Shown here one piece after another: positions 14,358-26,354 of a DNA stretch of 64,000 bases. Location of the stretch: assembly GCF_006345805.1 (NCBI RefSeq), contig NC_043020.1, forward strand, positions 3,596,001-3,660,000, written 5' to 3'. Made by a program: the position numbers and the translations under genes. This DNA is from Octopus sinensis (lineage: Eukaryota). Every line of letters starts with the position of its first letter. Positions within the stretch are counted from its first letter, which is position 1. The notes under the pieces were generated by a model. It was not told the DNA's origin and searched no databases. It saw only the letters and a list, made by a program, of their open reading frames with translations.

Positions 14358-14396
<39 letters not shown>

Positions 14397-14699
14397 GTAT
14401 ATATATATATTCCCAGAAAGACATCTCCTCATATATATATATATATGCGTACATGGATACATAGGCATGAAATAAATAGCATTCGTTTATATTTTTTTAA
14501 TGTTTTTTAATGACAATACTGCATTTCGTATATATTTGAGCTTCGTAAGTAGTAAGCTTATACACACAAGTGCGCGCGCACACACACACATTTAAATGTG
14601 TGTGTGTGTGTGTGTGTGTGGTTCAGGTGTACAAAAATCAAAAGACAGGTTGTAATACATACATACATACATACAAACAAACACATACACACACACACG

Positions 14700-14749
<50 letters not shown>

Positions 14750-14759
14750 CACACACATT

Positions 14760-14826
<67 letters not shown>

Positions 14827-15526
14827 TTAATGTTTGTTTTAATGTTGTGTTAAAAACAGCAATTATATTAAACTGAATTATTCAATACTTTTTGTAACTC
14901 ATTATTCTTCAGCAAGAATTATGTTGACAGTAATTTCGAACTTCTTGTTAAAGAATTTTATACTTAAATACAGACGTACACATGTATATATTATATATAC
15001 ATATCTATCTATATATATATATATATAATATAGAGGGGGGGGAGAAAGAGAGAGACGGAGGGAGAGGTGGGTACAAAGGTAAAAAGCGACGTTCAATTTA
15101 GCAGACGACAAACAAGTTGGATCTGTCAAAGGAAACGGCGACGAAGAAAATAGGATAAAATAAAATAGATTAATAATGACGATATAAAGACAGACAGACA
15201 GACGGGGAGAAGGGAAGGAACGAAAGAAAGGAAGATAGTAAGGGAGAAAGAAAGAAAGAAAGAAATAAAGAAAGGAGAAGAAGGAAGAATATGAGTAAAC
15301 GGGGACAAAGAATGTAAAAAAAAATGGAAAACATCGAAAACGAAAAGAAGTAAAGTAAAAAAAAAAGAAGGGAATTTAAGGATTGAGCGAGGCGGATGAT
15401 TTAGGAAGGAAAAATAGGTAGAAAGGAAGAATAAAAGAAAGAATATGAAGAAAAAAGCAGAGCGAAAAACCCTAAGAAAAATAGTTGTAACTTACCTTTT
15501 GTAAGCAAATGTGTTGTACACAAAAT

Positions 15527-15567
<41 letters not shown>

Positions 15568-15751
15568 GTGTGTGTGTGCGTATGTGTGTGTGTGTGTGTG
15601 TGGTGCATGAGTGAAATAGAGGGGAAGAGGAAGAGAGTGCGGAAGGGAATAAGTGAGAGAGGGGGTGAGAGAGAGAAAGACAGAGAAGGGATAAAGAAAA
15701 GAAAGGAAGTGAGAGATGACTGTGATAGAGAAATGCAAACAAATTGTTAGT

Positions 15752-15808
<57 letters not shown>

Positions 15809-15826
15809 GAGAGATAGAGAGATGAT

Positions 15827-15870
<44 letters not shown>

Positions 15871-16271
15871 CGAGAGAGAAAGAGAGGGGTAGTATGCGAG
15901 GAAGAGAAAGAGGTTGTGGTGTGTCTGTAGTTCCCGGTGTTTTGATTATAGCCCAAGGAGTGGATACCGAAGAAGCCAAACGTATTCGAATCGTTGTTAT
16001 GATCACAGATTATCGCGCATCTTACGCGTGCTTTTACTCAGTTGGGAGATTATACCATAATGATATGAACACACTTATATCCATAAATGCTGGCGTACGC
16101 AGAAGGATGAGCGCGTGCGGAAACATTGTACATGCATGCATCGAACGAGTGTGCATATGAACACATGTATGTATATGTATCTATGCATGAATGTACTTCA
16201 TACTTGTGCGCGTGCGCAAACGTACACAGGTGCGTGTATGTGCATATGCCTATGTAAATACTTATGTATGA

Positions 16272-17245
16272 ACGAGAGAGTACCCAAAAGTAACCGGAAA
16301 CATTCTCTGTGGGGCAAGGCAGTTGTAGTTCAGACTTCCACCACTAGAAGCCACTTGATGCTACCCTCAGGCATCAGTCTGCCGACCGGCGTCGTCCTGC
16401 CGCATGCTGCGCCATTGTTTTATGGTGCTTCTCCCCTGTTCGTCGATTTTTGCGATGGCTGAACCGAAATTCTGTTTGCTGGTGAAAATGGCAACCGAAG
16501 CAGTTGTCATGCTTCAAACAGCTTACAAGGACGCTGCCAGGAGCAAAACACAAGTTTACGAGTGGTTTTCACCCTTTAGGAATGGTCACTTGTCGCTTGA
16601 ACACCAGCCTCGTTCAGGACGACCATCGACCTCCCGAACGAATGAAAACATCGCGAAAATTCATGAAGTGATCTTTGGGGACCGTCGACGAACAATTGAC
16701 GAACTTGTTCGAATGATTGGTGTGTCCAGGAGTTCCTTGGTGTGTCCAGGAGTTCCTTGGTGTGTCCAGGAGTTCCTGCCAAAGAATTTTCAGCGAGAAA
16801 TTTGGAATGAAAAGAGTTGCAACAAAATGTTGTGCCTCACTTGCTCACGGAAGATCAAAATTAGTCACAAGTGAATGTGTGTCGTGAACTGAAAGAACAG
16901 TTGGAAGTTGATCCAGACCTTTTTTCTTTTTTTTTTTCGAAGGTTATCACTGGTGATGAAAGCTGGTGTTACGACTAAGACCCGGAACGAAGCAGGAATC
17001 AAGTCAATGGATTCATTCAATGTCACCACGCCTCCCCACCCCCAAAGTGCGTCTAGTGAAGTCCAATGTGGAGACGATTGTGATTTGTTTCATCGATGCG
17101 AAAGGAATTGTCCACAACAGAATTTGTTCCTCCTGGTCAAACTGTTAACCATTTTACTTGGAAGTTCTGAAGTGTCTGCGAAACACGGTGAGATGAAAAC
17201 GTACCCTCCCAGTTGCACCTCATAAGCGATGGTGGTTCTCGCATT
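16272..17245 (+). mobile_element. Degenerate mariner transposon
   Basis: TIR-like ACGAGAGAGTACCCAAAAGTAACCGGAA; VYEWF..FRNG...PRSGRPSTS...DRRRTIDEL; ITGDESWCY; KSNVETIVICFIDAKGIVH. Confidence 0.9.
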
Positions 17246-17249
17246 ATGT

Positions 17250-17277
17250 ACACACATACATACATACACTACATACA

Positions 17278-17313
<36 letters not shown>

Positions 17314-17320
17314 TATATAG

Positions 17321-17353
<33 letters not shown>

Positions 17354-17524
17354 CATACTGTATATGTATATACTATGTATATCTATATACATATATATAT
17401 ATCTATATATATGGATATATATATGAATATATAATATATATAGATGATATGTATATATATATATATATATGTATCATAATAAGTATATATATATATATAT
17501 TATAAAAATATAGATATATATGTA

Positions 17525-17556
<32 letters not shown>

Positions 17557-17808
17557 ATATATATATATACATATATATACATATAATATACATATACGTA
17601 TGTATAAATATATTAATATATATATCTATTATATACATATACGTATGTATATATATATATATGGATATATATATATATTATATAAATATATATGTTATAT
17701 ATATATAGATATATCTATATATATATAGAAATATATATATATATATACATATATATACATATATATACATACGTATGTATATATATAATATATATAATGA
17801 TATATAAT

Positions 17809-17835
<27 letters not shown>
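17250..17835. repeat. Degenerate (TA)n field
   Basis: Direct inspection. Confidence 0.95.
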
Positions 17836-17839
<4 letters not shown>

Positions 17840-17976
17840 ATATATTCATTGAGAGAAGAAAGAGATGGACGCTTCAATTCTATGCTGTTGCCGCATTATG
17901 TCGTACGGAATGAGAGGATTTGCATCCCCAACCAAGAAGTTTGATTGTAACACATGTCCCTGTGGAAGCTGTTGTG

Positions 17977-18054
17977 CGCGGCTGAAGAAGGCCACAGACA
18001 CATTATGCATTGTTATAAATCTGTCTAATAAAGGCCCGAAACATATGTACCGCG
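17977..18054 (+). ncRNA. Type I minimal hammerhead ribozyme motif (family 1)
   Basis: CGCGG-CUGAAGA-AGGCC..(ACAGA/UCUGU)..GGCCC-GAAA-CAUAUG-UA^-CCGCG. Perfect 5 bp stem I, palindromic ACAUAUGU stem/loop III, GUA site after 18049. A-C mismatch at the base of stem II. Confidence 0.8.
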
Positions 18055-18169
18055 AATCCTTGGCATCATGTTTTTATTTTGATCAATTTACTCCACCACC
18101 TACACCACCAAACGGTATACACAGGTGACTTATAATATCAAGTACTCACCCCGAATTTCTGTACTCAAC

Positions 18170-18202
<33 letters not shown>

Positions 18203-19088
18203 CGATATAATAGTCCTGATAGAGTAGAAAATAGGGGTATTTTCAATGCAATACTGAATCCACCCTCGTGGTTGTCTACACTCTTGTATCAACGTCTCGA
18301 ACAAAACCGAAGTTCTGCTAGTCTAGAAAATACAAGTACAACGCCGTTCAATCCAATGTGTGGGTCTAGCGACGTAAGAGCGCACCATTTGATGCATGTT
18401 TGATGAAGTGCCATTCTGGAGTATAAAACCACTAATATTACGTAACTTTCCTATGGAAGCTTTCATGCAATTTCCTTAAAAACGGAGTGGTACAGAAGCA
18501 ATTGTAACTGGCAGTCGCCTTATTTGATTAGATATGTGTAATATAGGTACATATATATATATATATGATGCAGCACGGAATTATATTATTATATATATTA
18601 CCCTTTACTGTGAACACCTGGAGAGTTTTGTTTGCTTGCTTGTCTGTAATTTAATACAGCCAAACCGACACCTAATGGGAAAATACTCTGAAATACGAAT
18701 ACAAACGGAATAAAGAAAGTTTTGCATAAATCGGACCACAGCTTCCAAAGATACGCGTTTTTTTCGGGTACTTTGAACTTTTGGTGACCCAACGTTTCAA
18801 AAATTACATGTCAGTCTACTTTTTTTTGTTAAGACTATATAGGACCGAGGTAAACTCATCCAGAAGTTATACACAAATAAATAGAAGAGTGCCATATCAT
18901 GTGAAATTGGTTGAACGATATTTCGGCATCAAGTGTTGCCTTCCACGCTAGATGCCAAAATATCGGTCAACCAATTATAACAATGTACATACATGTATAA
19001 CATATTATGCTTTACATATATAATATATAATATATAAAGATATCAGTGATTATCAAGATATATAACATGCAGGAATAGAAATTGGGAT

Positions 19089-19218
19089 AATATCTTACAG
19101 CTGTTTCAGCCAAGAGGCAACAATACCTCATTCTACTTTTATCCCTCCAGTGGACTGAAGTAATTAGTAGATGAAATTGAGGTACTCGGGTGTTTCTCTA
19201 GGCATCGTCAGAGATTTT
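19089..19218 (-). ncRNA. Type I hammerhead ribozyme motif with long structured stem II insert (family 2)
   Basis: Minus strand AAAAUCU-CUGACGA-UGCCUAGAG..~80 nt..CUCUUGGCU-GAAA-CAGCUG-UA^-AGAUAUU. Palindrome ACAGCUGU; inner helices UACCUCA/UGAGGUA and UCUACU/AGUAGA; U-U pair at the stem II base. Confidence 0.7.
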
Positions 19219-19445
19219 AGAAAGTACATAAGGTTAAGTTATAAATATAAATATACATACATATACATACTTTTACATATACATACATATACATAAATAT
19301 ACATAAATACTTATATCGACACTTAAATGTACATGCATATATACATTTTCTGGCCGTTAAGTTTTCGCCCAGTGTTGTTTATTTCCTCTTCTCTATCTAA
19401 CTTTTGAAATATTCATTGCAGCACAATGCACCCGTCATTTGTATG

Positions 19446-19543
<98 letters not shown>

Positions 19544-19959
19544 ATATTAGGAAGGAAAAAAACGATTATCGTCTGAGTTTCATTACCTAACAGCTGTTTC
19601 TGCTATAGGATGCAGTGGACTTATAGTTGAGGGCCTGAATAACACTTTATGGTTTCATCGAACCCTCGAATATGAAGCGTTTCATATTCGAGGCTCGGAT
19701 GAAGCTACACATACAGGATGCGATGGGTAAATTGTCGCCATTTTGTATTTTTAATTTCATGCACGCGCATTGTCTGTCTTTTTGATTTTTTCGAGACTAC
19801 ACAGTATTGTAGGATCAGTTGGGCAATCACTCGGCCAGAACTTTGGAAACAATATGATGTACTGCTTGGCATTCGCGCCGGAATCTCCTATACGAACATT
19901 TGAGAGTGTTGGCTGTCAATCTGAGGTAATGTAGTGAAAGCACGTGATAAAAATAAGAC

Positions 19960-20302
19960 TGATGTTGTTGATTGAAGATATTGTGTCTCCGGGTGGTTTG
20001 TGCTGTCTCCCAAGTCACAACAAGGACCTGAGACAGACAATACTTTAACGCAATATACGTGCAGTTCCAAGTAATGCCGATTTTTGCCATACACCAAGAT
20101 AGTAGGGTATTTCTAACAACGGAAGATGCAATAGCACAGGTATTAAAACTGCCAAACTGGAAAGCGGAAGCATCAGACGGAATTCAAGTCCACTGGCTCA
20201 AGTTGTTCAGGTCAACGTACGAAAACGAATTTGCGTTGCAATTAGACAATAGGTGCAATTCCGGAACGGATTGCAGAGGGAAGGAATCTACTTACCACAC
20301 GG

Positions 20303-20374
<72 letters not shown>

Positions 20375-21802
20375 ACTACTACTAATAATAATAATATAAT
20401 AATAATAATAATAAACCACCTGACTTAAAACTTTACTCTAAAAGCACCATGGAACAGAGTTTCAACAATGACATCGGAATGTGCATGGGGCTGAACAAAT
20501 GTGCTCGAATCACACTTAGAAGAGGCAAATTATTCAGTACTGAAAACACTGCACTCGACATAGACACAGAAATGAGAGAATTAAAGCACAACCGCCATGG
20601 ACTGATACAGATAGAAAACTACTATAAAAGAACAACAGTTGGGCTAGCAAAGTACTTAGAAACAAAGAGAGGAAAACTACTGCATGTGGTAAAGCAACAA
20701 GAGAAAAATAAAACGCTTTTCTCTATACACAAGGAGACGACAAAATACAAAACAGAAGCAAACTGACCTCAGATGACAACATGGCAGAAATGGTCAGAGA
20801 GACAAAAAAAACAACAACATAAAAACTGAATTAAAAAAGATACTGAAGAAGAAATGGAGAGAAAAATCACTTCATGGTCAGTACCCTGCAAGGATTGACA
20901 AAGAGGAAGTAAGCCTATGTAAAAGCCAACAATGGCTCAGAAGTTCTGGACTGAAAGTCGAAACGGAAGGACTGATTCTCGCTGCACAAGGCCAATGCCT
21001 GACTAGGAACAATTATAGAAACGAAATAATGAAAACAGGCCTCAACACCAAATGCAGAATGTGCAACCAGCACAATGAGACAGTTGAGCACATCATCTCG
21101 GGCTGCCCAGTCCTCGCCAAAGTAAGCAGTTACATCAATGTGCCAACATTACAACGTCAAAACTGACAATGGGTGGTATAAGCATGTGCTAAGCAAGGTA
21201 TAAGACAACGACCAGGCCACAGCCATCTGGGATATGCCAGCATTTACCCAGTGAAATAAACATCCACCAGAAAGCTAGAAAACCAAAGCATTACACACAC
21301 AATATAAGCAGTAACACAACAAATGACCGTTTCAAGGAAAGCTAACACAATACAGCAACACGGGGGGGGGGGGTAGCAGGTGATGCAGTAGAGATTTGCC
21401 TCAAGCTACCAAATATTGAACAGTTCTATAATAATAATAATAATAATAATATGAGCAAACCCCAGAAGGAGTCGCCGATAATGGGGATTGCAGAATCCTG
21501 TGGGATGCAATGATCCAGTGCGATCCCCCGACCAGACATAAGAAATTGGACATTGTTGTGGTAAATAAAAAACAAAGAACATCCATGATAATCAACATAG
21601 CATGTCCCAGTGATAACAGGATCAATGTGAAAGAAAAAAAAACAACTATGACGATTTGAAGTTGGAAATACGAAGGTTGTGGTCAATGAAGAGAGTAGAC
21701 GTGATAGCAATAGTAATTGGTGCAGTTGGAAGTATCAACACTCAACTACCAACATGGCTGATTGGAACTGCAAGAATTATTCGCAGGGTTCTTGAAGCAT
21801 GA
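19960..21802 (+). mobile_element. Internally deleted R4/Dong-like non-LTR retrotransposon
   Basis: KLPNWKAEASDGIQVHWLK; DIGMCMGLNKCA; WREKSLHGQY...LRSSGLKVETEGLILAAQ; CRMC...ETVEHIISGCP (CCHC knuckle); ILWD...KLDIVVVNK...IACPSD...IVIGAVG (REL domain); TGA at 21800-21802. (ACT)n(AAT)n tract at about 20305-20415. Confidence 0.88.
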
Positions 21803-22070
21803 CCAGTAAGCAAGTGTAACCTTAGAAAATTACTCTTTTTAAATCTCACAACGAGAGATATTCAGTAACAGTACTTTGGAGTAAAGATTGTTTGCCAACA
21901 TAACATTGCAGTCCTGATTTAGGACGAATGTTGCTGTAATTTAGTCCCAGGAGACATCGTCTCCAGCTGGCTATACGACACGATATGTGTCCTTATATTT
22001 TCGAACAAGGGAATCTAGCACCCCCACTCAGCTCAAAACAATATCTGTTATGATTCCTGATGAAATTCAC

Positions 22071-22523
22071 TTAGCTCATGTTGTTGCACAATGAACAGGG
22101 CTTACCTCCCTTGCAGCTGTTTTTCAAGGAACAGCGTACAGATACTCCAATGTTAGTTTTCTTGGAGTCAGAAATAGAGTTCAATAGTTCTCTTATATTT
22201 TTATTCCGTCTAAAGGCTACAATAGGCGGCTGAGGAAATATCTGTTTGAAACAAGGATATTTTTCCGTAGCATGCTGGTAACTTTCATGCAACACTTTGG
22301 AAATGAGAGCGAAATTTATGTGCCAGTTAATCACTAAAGGAATTCTGTCACATGTTGTATTGTGTTTGCTAAAATTATGCGTGAGGATTTTACTTCCTTT
22401 GCTAATCTTAGCTATCTCATTTGCTATTTCCTTTAATCGTGATCCACTGTAGATTGAGGAGATGATTGATTTTGTTCCACTGAATAAGAATTGTAAACAT
22501 TTAGAAGTTCTGGAAGTTACCAA
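22071..22523 (-). pseudogene. Penelope-like element C-terminal (RT to GIY-YIG linker) fragment
   Basis: RIPLVINWH...IFPQPPIVAFRRNKNIRELL...C..C matches the PLE linker RIPLV / FP.PP.VAFRR.KNL followed by a Cys pair. Confidence 0.75.
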
Positions 22524-22627
22524 AATAGCCGGGTGTCTATGGGGAATCGTAATGTAAATTACAGCTTTTGCGTTTTATTCCTTTTTTTCAGTTGGCTTGT
22601 CAACCCTGTTACTTTCGCTAGATCCCA

Positions 22628-23250
22628 GTGTTTAGCCCGATCCAGGGTCAATGGATTTTGTACCATTCAAATACGAATCAGAAAATGAGAAATCATTTTC
22701 GTGCTAAAATCAAAAGCCATTTATCATTTCTGGAAACATGCAAACAAGAAAAAGTTATACCTGACGGTCTCACATCGAATATAGCAAAGTGTGCATCACA
22801 ACTTGACGATTCGTTGCTTCAAAAGTTTAAATTGGTTGGTGAGAGCAATTCATTTAACATAATGGAAATCATTATTGAACACAATCGTTCAAAATTAATA
22901 TTGCTTGGTGCAGACATTAAGGAGATTTTGAATGTCATTGAATAGGTATGTTCTTGGTTTGAACTGTTTGTGTAATTGTTTGATGTACTTTGCAAAAAAT
23001 GAAATTTCGGCCCTGAAGACAAGAAAGGAAACAAAACTGGAAAAGCTGATTTCCCATTCCCCTGAGCCAGTTGGCAAGGGAGCATTTTGGGTGAGAACAT
23101 TTGCTTTGAAATATGAGGAGAAGTCGTTTTTACTTCCGGGACAAATATTATGTGACAAACTTATTGAGGTCGGGTTGAAAACCGCAGCGGAAAGAAGTCT
23201 TGAAATAACCTCACAAATTCCCAAAGTTACGCATTCCGACGTCTTACTAA
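22628..23250 (+). pseudogene. Probable Penelope-like element N-terminal fragment
   Basis: KIKSHLSFLETCKQEKVIPDGL resembles the PLE N-terminal HL.FL..C....VIP.GL motif, followed by a helical K/E-rich stretch and RKETKLEKL. Confidence 0.5.
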
Positions 23251-23994
23251 TAATGATTCTATTGTTATTAAAATGGCGGGTAAGGGAGGCGCTTTAATTA
23301 AAGATGTTCTACCTGTGACTGTCTTGTATTTCTTTTAGACATAGTCTATCTTGGTGTACATTAACCAAAACACATTTCCTTTTTTAAAATGCAGGACATG
23401 ATTTGAGGGAGAGTTGGCTATTATTTCTTGTGTGTCAATCTTATTGATTTGAGTTGGATATTTCTGAGTAGTTGAGTTACTGAGGGGGTGGCGGTCAATG
23501 TTATTGCTGTTGATGTTGTCGGTGACGGTGTGTAGCCCCAGGTAAAGTGTAGACCAGTAGAACTATGAAAAGGATTTCAGCTGTGACTATTATACCTTTT
23601 CATAAGGACTTACAACTACCTCATCAAAAATGTACATCTTTTTAAGACGTAAGATACAATTTGAGTGAGATCTTGGTTGCTATTTCTAGCACGTCAATCG
23701 ACTACGTAGATACTTACCACGAGTTCTAAGTTGTGATCATGGTGTGCATGTGTGTGTGTGTGTGTGTGTGTCTCTGTGTGTGTGTCTGTGTGTGTGTGTG
23801 TGCTAGTATTATTACTGGGTAGATGCGTTATCGGGTTGCGTGTGTTAGTATTAGTATTAGTAGTAGTAGTTGTTGTTGTAGTGAGTCGATGTGTTACTGG
23901 GTGGTTTATGTTATCGATTCATTCATTGAGGGTACTTGATGGCCTACTGTCTATTTGGTAATTGCGGGATTTGATTACTTGGTCATTGAGTGAA

Positions 23995-24030
23995 CCACCG
24001 TCCACCACCACCACCACCACCACTATCACC

Positions 24031-24061
<31 letters not shown>

Positions 24062-24105
24062 CCAACAACAACACCAACAACAACAACAACAGCAGCAACA
24101 CCACC

Positions 24106-24137
<32 letters not shown>

Positions 24138-24765
24138 CAACAACACCACCAACAACAACAACAGCAACACCACCACCACCACCACCACCACCACCACCAC
24201 CACTACCACCTCCATAACTAACATCATTACGATTAACACTACTGCATTAACTACTACAACAGCACTTCTGCCGCACCACCATTACCACCGCCACCACTAC
24301 TTCTACACCATCATCAAAATCAAACTACAACCACCACCACCACACTTCAACCACCAACTCTACAAATACCACTACACGATCAGTAAACACTACGATCACA
24401 TCACCACCACCGCCACCATCAATACTAACCTTACTACACCATCACCTCCAACACCACCACCACCACCACCACCGCTACTATTATCACTAACGCAACACCA
24501 CCACCGCCATCACTATCTCCACGACTACGACGACGACCACCACCACCACCGCCACTACCACCACCACCACCACCACTGCCACCGCCGCCGACATCACCAT
24601 TACCTCCTCCTCCACCACCACCACCAACACCACCACCACCGCCACTACCATCTCCACGACGACGACGACCACCACCACCACCGTTGCTACCACCACCACC
24701 ACCACCACCACCGTTGCTACCACCACCACCGCCGACACCACCGCCACCACCGCTATAACAATTAT
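23995..24765. repeat. (CCA/CAA/CAC)n trinucleotide field
   Basis: Direct inspection; similar fields at about 47620-47840 and 55030-55330. Confidence 0.95.
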
Positions 24766-25010
24766 AATTCTTGGGATGCTGCGAGTCTTGTGGCATCAGT
24801 AGGTAACTGTGTTACGGTGGAGTTTACGGAATTGGAAGATGCTTCGTTCGGGAAAAAAGGCTTCGTGGATGAGACGGGTGGTGGACGGGTGGATCGTTGT
24901 ACTGGTTATCTGACCGATGCGAGGTGAATGTGTCCGCTGAATGGTCGGGTGGTCAGGAAGTCGGAAGGTCGGGTGGGGAGTGGCGAACAGGCTGTGTTAT
25001 TCACTAACCT

Positions 25011-25051
<41 letters not shown>

Positions 25052-25129
25052 CTTCTCTGTCTGTCTGTCTGTCTGTCCGTCGGTTGTAAGCGATGTTAAT
25101 TGCTCGGTTTATTGGATGCTGTGGATGGT

Positions 25130-25300
25130 GTGTTATCATCATCATCATCATCGTCATCGTCGTCGTCATCCTCATCACTAATAATCCAATTTGTTCTTGT
25201 GAAGGAGACAAGTGGTTGGTAAAGATGGTGGTGGTACTGCCGCTGCTACTACTGCTGTTGCTAGTGGTCATGACGACGACGGTGTTGATGATGATGATGA

Positions 25301-25381
<81 letters not shown>

Positions 25382-25496
25382 CGACGACGACGATGATGAT
25401 GATGATGATGATGACGACGACGACGACGACGACGATGATGATGATGATGATGATGATGATGACGACGACGATGATGATGATGACGACGACGACGAC

Positions 25497-25549
<53 letters not shown>

Positions 25550-25651
25550 CGACGATGATGATGATGATGATGATGATGATGAAGATGATGGTGGTGGTGA
25601 TGATGATGATGGTGATGATGATGACGATGATGAAGATGATGGTGGTGATGG

Positions 25652-25695
<44 letters not shown>

Positions 25696-25724
25696 ATGAT
25701 GATGATGGTGATGATGACGACGAC

Positions 25725-25756
<32 letters not shown>

Positions 25757-25862
25757 GATGATGGTGGTGGTGATGATGATGATGGTGATGATGATGACGA
25801 TGATGAAGATGATGGTGGTGATGATGATGATGGTGATGATGATGGTGATGATGATAGTGATG
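25130..25862. repeat. (GAT/GAC/GGT)n trinucleotide field
   Basis: Direct inspection; several hundred bp of nearly pure GAY codons. Confidence 0.97.
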
Positions 25863-26156
25863 ACAGCTAAAACGAAAATTCTCATAGTGATGACAACTCG
25901 GATGTCAGCAATGACGGTGACAGTGATGTCGAGCGAGGCATTAAAGCCATGTATGCACATATCTGCATGCACATGTGTATACGTAAGTGTGCATACGCAT
26001 GCACGCTCAAATGTGCAGACTGTTACATGCATGAGTATGTAATTGTGTTTGTGTCCATGCGCATAGACATAAATGTGTATATGTGTATGTACATATGCAC
26101 ACACACACACTCACACACACACATATCGTCCGTAAACAAATCCGAAAAAAGAAGCA

Positions 26157-26279
<123 letters not shown>

Positions 26280-26289
26280 GTATATATAT

Positions 26290-26343
<54 letters not shown>

Positions 26344-26354
26344 ATATATATATA

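Noticed and set aside
19575-19665. Minus-strand GAAACAGCUGUU half-hammerhead
   Set aside because: No CUGANGA adjacent to its stem II and no stem I.
23962-24927. His/Thr/Pro-rich ORFs here and at 47550-47870 and 54956-55402, superficially like cephalopod His-rich beak proteins
   Set aside because: Trinucleotide repeat fields; no Gly-His peptide repeats, signal peptide or chitin-binding motif.
25212-26042. 276 aa poly-Asp ORF (and poly-Ser/poly-Met in other frames)
   Set aside because: Pure (GAT/GAC)n microsatellite, open in several frames; no signal peptide, splice context or flanking protein-like sequence.
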